A program made the position numbers and the translations under genes. A DNA stretch of 64,000 nucleotides from the NCBI GenBank assembly GCA_951406725.2, contig OX597820.1, positions 119,040,001 to 119,104,000 on the forward strand, read 5' to 3'. The notes under the pieces are model-generated. The model did not search any database and had not been told where the DNA came from. It saw only the letters and a program-made list of their open reading frames with translations. Positions within the stretch are counted from its first letter, which is position 1, and each line of letters starts with the position of its first letter. This DNA comes from Octopus vulgaris. Taxonomy: Eukaryota. This document shows, piece after piece, positions 53,388 to 64,000 of this stretch.

Positions 53388-53562
53388 AGAGACCAAAATC
53401 AAGCTTTTCCACAAGAGTGACCTCTGTAGGAAATTCCACGAATTAACAACGTTCTTATTCCTGTTTGATTGCTTGAATTGAAGGTTATTCATAACTTCCT
53501 TCCCTTACATTAAAGAATTCCATTACATCTTCTCTTTCGTCACATAAATAATATTGTTAAGT

Positions 53563-53948
53563 GGAGGCGCAATGGCCCAGTGGTTAGGGCAGCGGACTCG
53601 CGGTCATAGGATCGTGGTTTCGATTCCCAGACCGGGCGTTGTGAGTGTTTATTGAGCGAAAACACCTAAAGCTCCACGAGGCTCCGGCAGGGGATGGTGG
53701 TGATCCCTGCTGTACTCTTTCACCACAACTTTCTCTCACTCTTACTTCCTGTTTCTGTTGTACCTGTATTTCAAAGGGCCGGCCTTGTCACTCTCTGTGT
53801 CACGCTGAATATCCCCGAGAACTACGTTAAGGGTACACGTGTCTGTTGAGTGCTCAGCCACTTACACGTTAATTTCACGAGCAGGCTGTTCCGTTGATTC
53901 GGATCAACCGGAACCCTCATCGTCGTAACCGACGGAGTGCTTCCATCC
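53563..53948 (+). mobile_element. tRNA-derived SINE family C, full length
   Basis: A box tggcccagtgg, B box gtttcgattcc; imperfect TSD aatattgttaa/aatatttttaa. Confidence 0.92.
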
Positions 53949-54479
53949 AATATTTTTAAACGCAAAACAACTAAAAGCTTGTGGCTTTATGTTAAAAGTT
54001 TGGTTTACATTATCGATTTTGTTCTACTGTTGAGTTTGTTAACAGCGTAACACTCGAGACCATTACATGGTAATCGTGATAACATAGCTTCAAATAACTA
54101 CGACATACAAACACCACTTATTTGCATAGCAAAATGCTATGTATACCGTATAACTTTTACCTGACATTGTACTTCCTGATATCGATTAAATGTGGCTGAA
54201 GCAATACTATACCATGATGGTTAACAATATATGTCATACACTACGAAATAGCATGCCTTTTATCGTATTTCTGATATACAAAGAATGAATTTATAACTAA
54301 CATCGAGTATTACCATTGCGAATAAACAACAAAGTTAAGGTGCCTGTAACTGTGAAGGCATTCATTCCCGTTTTTAGTATGTCGCTACCATGATTCAATA
54401 GATTTAGACAAATTGTAATCTCACATTGGCATATGTTGTGTGTATGTACAGACACACACACACGCACACACACATACAC

Positions 54480-55570
54480 AAAAGTATACAGTCAATCCCA
54501 AAGTGTTCTTGGCATTCTCCAAAAAACATAAGGTCGCTGCGTAATCTATTGGACTTCTGAAGGATGAATATGGCACCCAGCATCGTTGTGCAGAAGACAT
54601 GGTTGGAATTCTACAGAAGCAATACAGCTCTACTTTGAGCAAAATTAAAAACAAAATTACAAGCAACTCAGCTGCAGGTCCCAACAGGTTCCCTGTTAGA
54701 CCCCTGAACGAATGTGTGTTGGTATTCCCTTTACCTATTCTTTGGTGGAAATCACTGAAAATCTTTTATCAGAGTCCGTTGTGCCAATTTTCGAAATGGA
54801 CAGCAGATCGCTGACAGTGAATTACCGACCGACCAATTTCACTTATCATATCGTCAAATTATTTGAGAGTGTGGTGATATCTCGAGTAACTCACATCCTA
54901 GAACGTAACAGTCTAATTATTCCCAGCCAGTATGGTATCCGCTGTGGAAGGGACTGTCTAAACCAGCTTCAGCATCACTTTGATGACATCTAAAAGGCTG
55001 AGGGTGAGGGCATTGCATCCTGTTAAAGAAACTATCGAACATCAGAGTTTGAGTGAAACTATTAAGGTGGGTTGAATACTTTCTGGTGAACAGAACCCAG
55101 CATATGGCAATAGATGTTGTGAGATCATGCTTAGCAAGAGTTATCAGTGGAGTTCCGCAAGGCAATGTCTTAGGCCCACGCCTTTTTCATTATTTACATC
55201 AACGACATCGTTGATGTCATCAGAGACAGTGGTATTAGAAACGTTAGCACGCCGGGCGAAATGCTTAGCGGTATTTCGTCTGCGTTACGTTGTGAGTTCA
55301 AATTCCGCCGAGGTCGACTTTGCCTTTCATCCTTTCGGGGTCGATAAATTAGGTACCAGTTACGCACTGGGGTCGATGTAATCGACTTAATACCTATGCC
55401 TGTCCTTGTTTGTCCGCTGTGTGTTTAGCCCCTTGTGGGTAATAAAGAAATAGGTATTAGAATTTTCGCTGATGGCTAAAAGCTTCGAGACCGGACTAAT
55501 CTATCCCCAATCAGATTTACTCGCTATACAGTTAAATAAATTCGAATTAACCCACTTCGGTAAACCTTAC
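54480..55570 (+). pseudogene. CR1/Jockey-group LINE reverse transcriptase fragment
   Basis: SAAGPN, NYRP..T..IVKLFE, QYGIR.GRDC, ISGVPQG, YINDI, FAD motifs in order; frameshifts. Confidence 0.88.
55241..55452 (+). mobile_element. SINE family B inserted into the LINE RT
   Basis: 10-bp TSD ggtattagaa at 55231-55240 and 55453-55462. Confidence 0.9.
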
Positions 55571-55589
55571 TACAATGTAACTGCCTTCA

Positions 55590-56040
55590 AACATCCTCTA
55601 ATATGTGGCATTTTGGTGAATGAGTGGGTGATGTTGCTGCCCTCATCTACGTTTCCTGTTGCATGGTAGGTTCATCCGGAACGCTTAACCGAAGGAGATA
55701 CAGTTTTGTTTTGAAAACACCTACATCCACCACATGTAGGTCTCCCAGGCTTCTTAGGAAACTATTGAAAAGCTGAGGACCCTTGAAAACTCAAGCAATT
55801 CCAGTATCTGGACTTGTATCCTGATGGTAATATTGGGAGCTTGGCACTGTGCACTGGTGCCCCGTTCTATTGTTTGTGTAACTTTCAATGTCAAAGGTAA
55901 GCACAAGTCCTTCCAGGATCCAAAGTTTTGTACAAGACCTTACATGCATATATCTAAATCTAAATATTCTACATCAACCCCATTCACATGTGTAATGACG
56001 TTATCTGCGATCTAGTTGTCTCTTCCCACAATATATGATC
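55590..56040 (-). pseudogene. CR1-like LINE C-terminal fragment in opposite orientation
   Basis: Minus frame GPQLFNSFLRSLGDL...VFKTKL...VPDEP, typical CR1-group ORF2 end. Confidence 0.7.
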
Positions 56041-56294
56041 CAAATACGATGGATATTCCTCCGTTCTTTGTAATAACGAAACCCATCGAGGTGTATATAT
56101 TAATATACACCCATTTTCCTCATTCTCATTTAAATTCTGATAAGAAAGAGGTGTATGCCATAATGAAATGATGTGGTCTTTCGATTTGTATAATGAATTA
56201 CACGTGGCACAAAATTAATGTCATTTTGTGTTATATGTAGATGCATACAAACAGGCATGCGTCTTTATATTATTGATATATATATATATATATA

Positions 56295-56487
56295 TGCTTT
56301 ATTTAAAAGCAGCAGAAAATTCAACAAAACCTGTTACTCTGAGTTTCACGTTCCCGAACGGGAACGTGAAAAACTGTGTAACAGGTTTTGTTGACTTTTC
56401 TGCTGTTTTTAAATAAAGCACATTACTCTACCACTGGTATTTGAGTACTCTTTTATCCACCTTGTTTCACATTTATGTGTTTACTCC

Positions 56488-56490
<3 letters not shown>
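56295..56490. mobile_element. Fold-back PLE-like relic (palindrome 56295-56420) carrying the 3' half of a hammerhead
   Basis: Arms meet at ttcacgttcccg-aa-cgggaacgtgaa; minus strand GAAA-CTC-a-GAG-TA-acagg; in (TA)n. Confidence 0.7.
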
Positions 56491-56554
<64 letters not shown>

Positions 56555-56771
56555 ATAATATAACTACACGTGGACTGTTGGCGATTGTTTTTCTCCTTCT
56601 TTCTTTTCCTTTGGACTTTCATGTTTCTTATTTCCGAAGAAGAGTTATGCTGGAAAGTAAAACAGCGACTCTTTTCCTTCTCTGAGCATCTTATTAATAC
56701 ATTGCATGCGTTACGTCGTCACATTGTTGTTTTTTACTTGTTGTCTTTTTTTCTCCGTTTTTTTATATAAA

Positions 56772-56817
<46 letters not shown>

Positions 56818-56877
56818 ACGTATGTATGCATGTATAGAAATATATGCATCTACGTACCTATATGCATCCACCTAATC

Positions 56878-56928
<51 letters not shown>

Positions 56929-56931
<3 letters not shown>

Positions 56932-57180
56932 AACGATGAATAGCCTTCGCGTAAACCATTGGTTGGTTTTGTCCTCTTACTTTATTTTCATCTTATAATC
57001 ATCTCCTAATAATGACCTTTATGACTCGTATTACTACCTCAGTCAATCTAAATGTATATATTTGTGACTACCTGTCATAAATAGCCTTTTTCTATCTGCA
57101 ATATGCATTTTCGTTGATTTTTCATATTTTACCCTTACTTTTCCACGTGTATTTTATATTTTCTTTTCGTAACATATTTC

Positions 57181-57184
<4 letters not shown>
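56929..57184 (+). mobile_element. PLE-like terminal relic family P2
   Basis: Reverse complement of 40177-40432; between two (TA)n tracts. Confidence 0.5.
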
Positions 57185-57230
<46 letters not shown>

Positions 57231-57805
57231 TTATGCGTGTGTGTGTGTGTGCGTGTGTGTACATACGTGTGTATTTGTGCGTGTGTAGTATTTATATACT
57301 TGCATAACCACACGTATGTCAACGCGTGTCTGAAGGTATGCATCCGCATATAACACAAAATGACACTTCTTTGGAGTGACTCGAAAAAGTAATTCTACAA
57401 TCTATAGTTCACATTTAAAAAATATTTCTGAAACATCCGCGTGATGAACCAAGATAACAGATATGCCGTATGTTGGAAACAAAAAAAAAAAGGAAAAAAG
57501 AGAAGAAAATAAAGGAACCCCCATTTCATGCTCCTGTTGTTCTGGCTTGTGTGCTAGAATGAATATACATCGACCAAATATAACTGGCATAAATGCAAAT
57601 TCAACTGACAAATATTTAAGAGTTTTGACAGAATTGTTTAGTTATTCTCAAATATATAAAAATTACACATTTTTAGATTTACAATTACATATGCACAAAT
57701 AATATGAATATATTTATGCGTAATATGCAACGGCTATCCATGTAATTTTGAGCTCATGCACTATAAACACACATGCATACATCCATATATAAGCATGAAT
57801 CTGTT

Positions 57806-57846
<41 letters not shown>

Positions 57847-58323
57847 AAAAAATGAAGTTCGAATATGCTGCTGTATTATACAATTTTTAATTTTTATATA
57901 TACATTATAACATGTTTCAGTTCCTGAAATGAACCTTATCAAAAAAAGTTATATATAAAAAGAGACAGCTCATGCCGTCAAACACAAGAAATTCATTTAT
58001 AATACACAACGGAGTCAGACATCTTAGAGTTCATGTATAGTTGATATATAGTTCATGTATAGTTGATATATAGTTTGAAGTATATGTTCAAAGTGTTCGA
58101 TGCAGTGGCCCACGGTGGCGATACGTATTCAATACAAAAAACAGATCAAAGTGGTGGAAAGCGGTCAATACAGAAGATTGATGTTTCCGAAAGAGCGAGG
58201 AATTCATTTTTACCTTAAGCAATTGTGATGACCCATGGTGGAAGTTCGCTGGGTGGTTCTAGTGATTTTTTGTGAAATGCTTGGTTTTATAATGCCTGTT
58301 AGGTGGTCAATCTAGCCTAGCGT

Positions 58324-58655
58324 GACGTCATCAATGTTTTGACCAATCGTTTCGTTAGATGGCTTTAATCAAGTGGAACGGGACGTCATCATTATTTTGA
58401 CCAATCGCTGCATTATAACTCCCTCTTGTTTGTTTCCTGTCTTGACCAGTCGCTTCGTTAGTCCAGCATAGCGGGATGTCATCCAGATTCTGCCCAATCA
58501 CGACTTATAGCTACATTAGATCTGCCCCCTGTCTGTACTTGTTAGGTGACTATTCAAGCAGAAAAGGACGTCATCAATATTCTGACTAATGACTGTCCCC
58601 TGTTTGTATCCTGTCCATTCTAGCAGAGCTAGACGTCATCAACTTGTTGACCAAT
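58324..58655 (+). promoter_or_regulatory. Five copies of composite GACGTCATC-N7-TGACCAAT (CRE-like plus CCAAT) motif
   Basis: Starts at 58324, 58382, 58475, 58567, 58632; function not demonstrated. Confidence 0.45.
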
Positions 58656-59032
58656 ATATATATATATATATGTATATATGTATATATGTATATATGTATA
58701 TATATATATATTTATATATATATATGTGTGTATGTATATATGTATATATGTATATATATATAAGTATAATAGTATAAATAATATATAAATATATGCATAT
58801 ATACATACATATATGTACATACCAATATCTATATGTATATGTACATGCATATATGGGTACAGGAGATAAAAAAACGTTGAACACAATGATAAACGAAAAC
58901 ATAAAAAAAAGGAACTTTTTCAAACTGAGAAAAAACGGACTACAAGACATACAACACAAGGAATGTTCCCCTTCTTCAGTTGTCCCTGTTTCGTCTACCC
59001 CGAATGTTTTTTCATAATGTTTTCAAATAGCC

Positions 59033-59095
59033 AGATAACCGAAGAGATGGTGTTGTGGATTTCCACTTCGGCATCTGAAACTCAGAGTTTTATCT
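59033..59095 (+). ncRNA. Hammerhead-like motif in PLE relic (59020-59193)
   Basis: AGATAA-CCGAAGA-GATG-[22 nt]-CATC-t-GAAA-CTC-a-GAG-TT-TTATCT; stem II one nt out of register. Confidence 0.55.
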
Positions 59096-59191
59096 TGACT
59101 ACCGAGTAATGTAACATATTGTATAGATAAATTTCCTCTATTTACATAATATTGAGGTCTCTTTCTTTCTTTTGTTATCTTACCGTTTTAT

Positions 59192-59232
<41 letters not shown>

Positions 59233-59237
<5 letters not shown>

Positions 59238-59469
59238 CTTTACTACCCACAAGGGGCTAAACACAGAGGAGACAAACAAGGACAGACAAAGGGATTAAGT
59301 CGAGTACATCGACCCCAGTGCGTAACTGGTACTTAATTTATCGACCCCGAAAGGATGAAAGGCAAAGTCGACCTCGGAGGAATTTGAACTCGGAACGTAA
59401 CGACAGACGAAATACGAAATACGGCTACGAATTTCGCCCGGCGTGCTAACGTTTCTACCAGCTCGCCGC
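59233..59469 (-). mobile_element. SINE family B monomer
   Basis: Reverse complement of 50523-50751. Confidence 0.9.
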
Positions 59470-60157
59470 GGTAGAAGTTGAATAATGTTCTTAAGGCTTT
59501 TATTCACACGCAGCATCCTCACAGTTCTATCGCTAGTTCATCTCTTAGCCAAAATGAAAACTCGTAACATATTTGAAACGGATTCGTCCCTAGCTATATT
59601 TTGGCATAAGAAAATGAGATTTGGTCCAGTAGAAAAAAGTTTGCCTCAAAATTTGTAGCAACATAATAGGGGCTTAAGTAACGCCACCAATCAGGTTTCC
59701 ATCTAAATATCTTTTTTTTTTACTTCAATAGCAAAATATATCTTAGCTTCAAAGATAGAAGAAAGCATGAAGAATTTCATAGTTGTGTTCTCATGCAACA
59801 CAAATTTGTATCAAAAATGTTGTGAAGGAAAATATCATGAAAAAGGTATAAATAAGGCAAAAAATTTGATTTAAGTGTAATGAAATTTTTTTTATTTTAA
59901 AAACAAACTATATTTTAATTAAGCTCAAATGATAGAGCTCACTCCGAGGAACTTTATGGTATCAATCTCATGCAATGACGTTTTAAAAGATAAAGGATAT
60001 GAGTGTTTGAATCTCAAATTTGAGGGTGATAATATAGTTCTATACACTTTTAGGAATATAGTTCTATAGGAGACTTTTAATATATGTCACCGGCATTATT
60101 GAAGTAATGAAAGATTATCAACGACACTGCTGATTTGCAATTAGTTAACGACGTTTG

Positions 60158-60588
60158 GGATCTTTTCTGTTTGAACGGCAGTTTTTAACATAATTTCTAG
60201 GTAACTAAACAATTTTAAACTTCGTATACTGGTAGAATGTGTTTATAAAACATCTTTTTCTCTTAGTTTTATTGAGAAAATTCTATAGTTTGTAAGATAT
60301 TGTTTTTTTCTTCAATTTCTGCAATTTCAACCAATCACTGACGTCTATTGAGGTAAACATTCTGTGCCGTATGAATATGTCCCTCGTTTAAGAAACAGAT
60401 TGGGTTTATTTACATTCGTGAAGAAAAAAAGATACCCTTCCCCCCACCCCTAACCCTAACACTAACCCTAACTAACCCTAACCCTAAAATAGATTGAAAT
60501 GCAATAGATCGATACTAGGGTCATAATTATGGGTGACAATTTCATATGACACCGCTAGAAAAAACTGCCGTTCAAACCGAAAAGATCC
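60158..60588 (+). mobile_element. MITE family M1
   Basis: Both TIRs present; internal CCCTAA repeats. Confidence 0.9.
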
Positions 60589-60668
60589 TACAATGTTATA
60601 ATATACCATCTTTTATCGAATGCTTACAAGGCATCTACCTCGATTTGGGCATCCCTACTACTTTCTAG

Positions 60669-60728
<60 letters not shown>

Positions 60729-61267
60729 TATATATGTGTGCATGTGTATACATATATATATAGAAATGTTTTCTCAATTAAATGGTGGCATGTTTGCATG
60801 CATTTATGTATATGATTCCATGAGTGTTGAGACAATGGACAAAAACTTCAAGAATTCGTTCCATAACCATTAACTAGTGGGTTCGATGCATTTTCGGGAA
60901 ATCTCTTCCGCTATAGACGTCAAGGGACTTATGGTGTGAATTGTATAACAGCCAGCCATTGTCGTGTTTCTAGTCACAGAAATTAAGGTTTAGAAGGCCG
61001 CGTACTGACAGATTTATTTTGAAAAGCTACATTGTCCCACATTTATTTTGACTGTCTCTCGGATCATCCACATCATACAATTAAGTCAAACCCAAATCCT
61101 CATTTTTGCAAATATATTGGATTTCGCTCTGACATAAGGGATTTTTGGAACAGTGAGAATGATTTGTGCGCCATTACGACAAAGGCGATTAGGCGAATCA
61201 CCATTGAGCAAAATCGCATATGATATGGTTAAAATTAAGTATCAGTGGCAAAATGTTACAGCTAATA

Positions 61268-61679
61268 GGCGCAGGAGAGGCAGTGTGGTAAGTAGCTTGC
61301 TTACCAGCCACATGGTTCCGGGTTCAGTCCCATTGCGTGGCACCTTGGGCAAATGTCTTCTACTATAGCCTCGAGCCGACCAAAGCCTTGTGAGTGGATT
61401 TGGTGGACGGAAACTGAAAGAAGCCCGTCGTATATATGTATATATATATATGTGCGTGTATGTTTGTGTGTCTGTATTTGTCCCCCTAGCATTGCTTGAC
61501 GATCGATGTTGGTGTGTTTATGTCCCTGTCACATAGCGGTTCGGCAAAAGAGACCGATAGAATAAGTACTGGGCTTGCAAAGAATAAGTCCGGGGGTCGA
61601 TTTGCTCGATTAAAGGTGGTGCTCCAGCATGGCCGCAGTCAAATGACTGAAACAAGTAAAAGAGTAAAGAGTAAAAGAG
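61268..61679 (+). mobile_element. SINE family A
   Basis: Full length. Confidence 0.92.
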
Positions 61680-61974
61680 AGTTAAACTTTATCACCAAAT
61701 TGCTTTAGCGATTAACTGGAACCAAAATTGTGCCGGTATTTCAAAAGGGTTACGTGACACTTAATATATTTCAGAGAAATAACCTCTCTTCAAAGAACCG
61801 TTTACTGATCCGCCTCCAGCTTGCAATTCTACGAAACGAAAGTGCAAGACAAATACTAACTCCTACCTCTAAGCCTAATCAAACCACAATGGGGTTTCTG
61901 AATATTGTACACTTAAAAGAAAAGAAAAACACTGTTGCAAGGAAGGTGGGGCCTTTTCATTGTGGAAAGCATTG

Positions 61975-62236
61975 GGGAGCTAGCAGAATCGTTAAGCACG
62001 CTCGATGAAATGCTGAACGTCATTTCGCCGGTCACAACGTTCTGAGTTCAAATTCCGCCGAGGTCGACTTTGCCTTTCATCCTTTCGGGATCGATTAAAT
62101 AAGTACCAGTTACGCACTGGAGTCGATATAATCGACTTAATCCGTTTGTCTGTCTTTGTTTGTCCTCTCTGTGTTTAGTCCCGTATGGGTAGTAAAGAAA
62201 TAGGTATTTCGTCTGCCGCTATGTTCTGAGTTCTGA

Positions 62237-62320
<84 letters not shown>

Positions 62321-62700
62321 GAAAGGCGGTGAGGTGGTAGGATCGTTAGTATGCCAGGCGAAATGCTTAGCAGTATTTCGCCTGCTGGCACGTTCTGAGT
62401 TCAAATTCCGCCGAGGTCGACTTTGCCTTTCATCCTTTCGGGGTCGATTAAATAAGTACCATGTACGCACTGGGATCGATATAATCAACTTAATCCGTTT
62501 GTCTGTCCTTGTTTGTCCTTTCTGTGTTTAGCCCTTTGTGAGTAGTAACGAGATAGGCATTTCGCCTGCCGTTACGTTCTAAGTTCCAATTCTACCGAGA
62601 TCCTCTTTGTCGTTTATCTTTCGGGGACGATATGATAGGTACCAGCTGATGTAATCGATTTATCCCCTACCCCCAAATTCCTGCCCTTTTGGCAAAATTT
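61975..62700 (+). mobile_element. Two SINE family B copies separated by an (AAT)n/(ATT)n tract
   Basis: 61975-62235 and 62324-62700. Confidence 0.85.
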
Positions 62701-63330
62701 GAGAACCGATATTATTATTATTAATATTATTATTGTTATTATTATCATCATGTTTTCAACTATAGGCTCACAAACTGAAATTTGGGGGTGAAAGTGCTTG
62801 TCGTCTACATGGATCTCAGTGATCAATTGTTACTTATTTTATCAACCCTTAAATGATGAAAGACAAAGTCCACCTCGGCTGAATTCGAACTCGGAACGCT
62901 ATATTGTTTCTATGCTTTTGTCCTTTTATTCGCAGTGGGCATCCCCATTCTTCTGCTCATCGTTATGAAAATACTACTACCCCTCTTCCTTCTCCACCTC
63001 CTCTTCTTCATAATCATTATTAATTATTAATTGATACATTATCAATTAGCATTAATAGCATAGCCTGGTAAAAAACGGGATTACATGGAAGAATGCGAGC
63101 AAGAGAAACAATATTCTTAATATTATAAACCTAGAAAAGTACAGGACTTGTTATTTACACTTGGAAAAGTTCAGGACAACTTATTATATCTCGTAAAGTA
63201 CAGAACAAGACATTTTTTCTGAAGATATTGCAGCTAAGGATAAAATTTGACTATTAAAAATTATTTGATTTTAATTTACAAAGTAACGTTATAATTTTTA
63301 AAAAACGTACCATCATTTTCTTAGAATATT

Positions 63331-63553
63331 TATTTCTTTATTGCCCCTAAACGCAGAGGGGACAAACAAGGACAGACAAAGGGCTTAAGTCGGTTACATC
63401 GACCCAGTGCGTAACTGGTACTTAAATTCTCGACCCCGAAAGGATGAAAGGCAAAGTTGACCTCGGCGGAATTTGAACTCAGAACGTAACGGCAGCCGAA
63501 ATACTGCTAAGCATTTCGCCCGACGTGGTAACGATTCTTCCAGCTCGCCGCCC
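63331..63553 (-). mobile_element. SINE family B monomer
   Basis: Head at 63553, tail at 63331. Confidence 0.88.
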
Positions 63554-63720
63554 TTCATTTTGTTAGAATATTGACACACTAGAATACTTAGAAGTACCAA
63601 AATAGCTAAAGTTTTATGCAAAATAGAATAGTATATATGGTAGGCAAATTCATTATGTAAAAAATTTGAGGGTGAAAGTGCTTGTTGACTAAGTCGACCT
63701 CAGTTATCAATTGTGACTGA

Positions 63721-64000
63721 GGATCTTTTCGGTTTGAACGGCAGTTTTTAACATAATTTCTAGGTAACTAAAAAATGTTAAACTTCGTATACTGGTAGAA
63801 TATGTTTATAAAACATCCTTTTTCTCTTGACTTTATTGAGAAAATTCTATAGTCTGTAAGATATTTGTTGTTTTTCATCAATTTCTGTAATTTCAACCAA
63901 TCACTGACGTCTATTGAGGTAAAAAATCATTCTGTGCCGTATTGTCCCTCGTTTAAGAAACAGATTGGGTTTATTTACATTTGTGAAGAAAAAAAGATAA
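63721..64000 (+). mobile_element. MITE family M1, cut off by the window end
   Basis: Left TIR at 63721. Confidence 0.88.

Overview
AT-rich eukaryotic DNA with no supportable host protein-coding exon. It is saturated with microsatellites, tRNA-derived SINEs, MITEs, Helitron, mariner/Tc1 and LINE relics. The SINE families look like those I recall from Octopus genomes, so an octopod cephalopod origin is inferred, not verified. Almost all listed ORFs are microsatellite or SINE artefacts. The standout is 25876-27711: a ~353-bp unit repeated three times on the minus strand and twice on the plus strand, joined head-to-head and inserted in (TA)n. Each unit carries a complete type I hammerhead ribozyme (stem I CACACG/CGTGTG, core CTGAYGA, stem II GAGGT/ACCTC, GAAA, palindromic stem III ACTCGAGT, GUC cleavage site) inside a densely base-paired monomer. 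This is the architecture of a non-LTR retrozyme, predicted to yield a ~353-nt self-cleaving circular RNA. Several Penelope-like terminal relics also carry hammerheads, some with a CCGA core and a greatly enlarged stem II, and many form fold-back palindromes in (TA)n. One tRNA-headed SINE ends in a hammerhead-like tail. All coordinates were read by eye.
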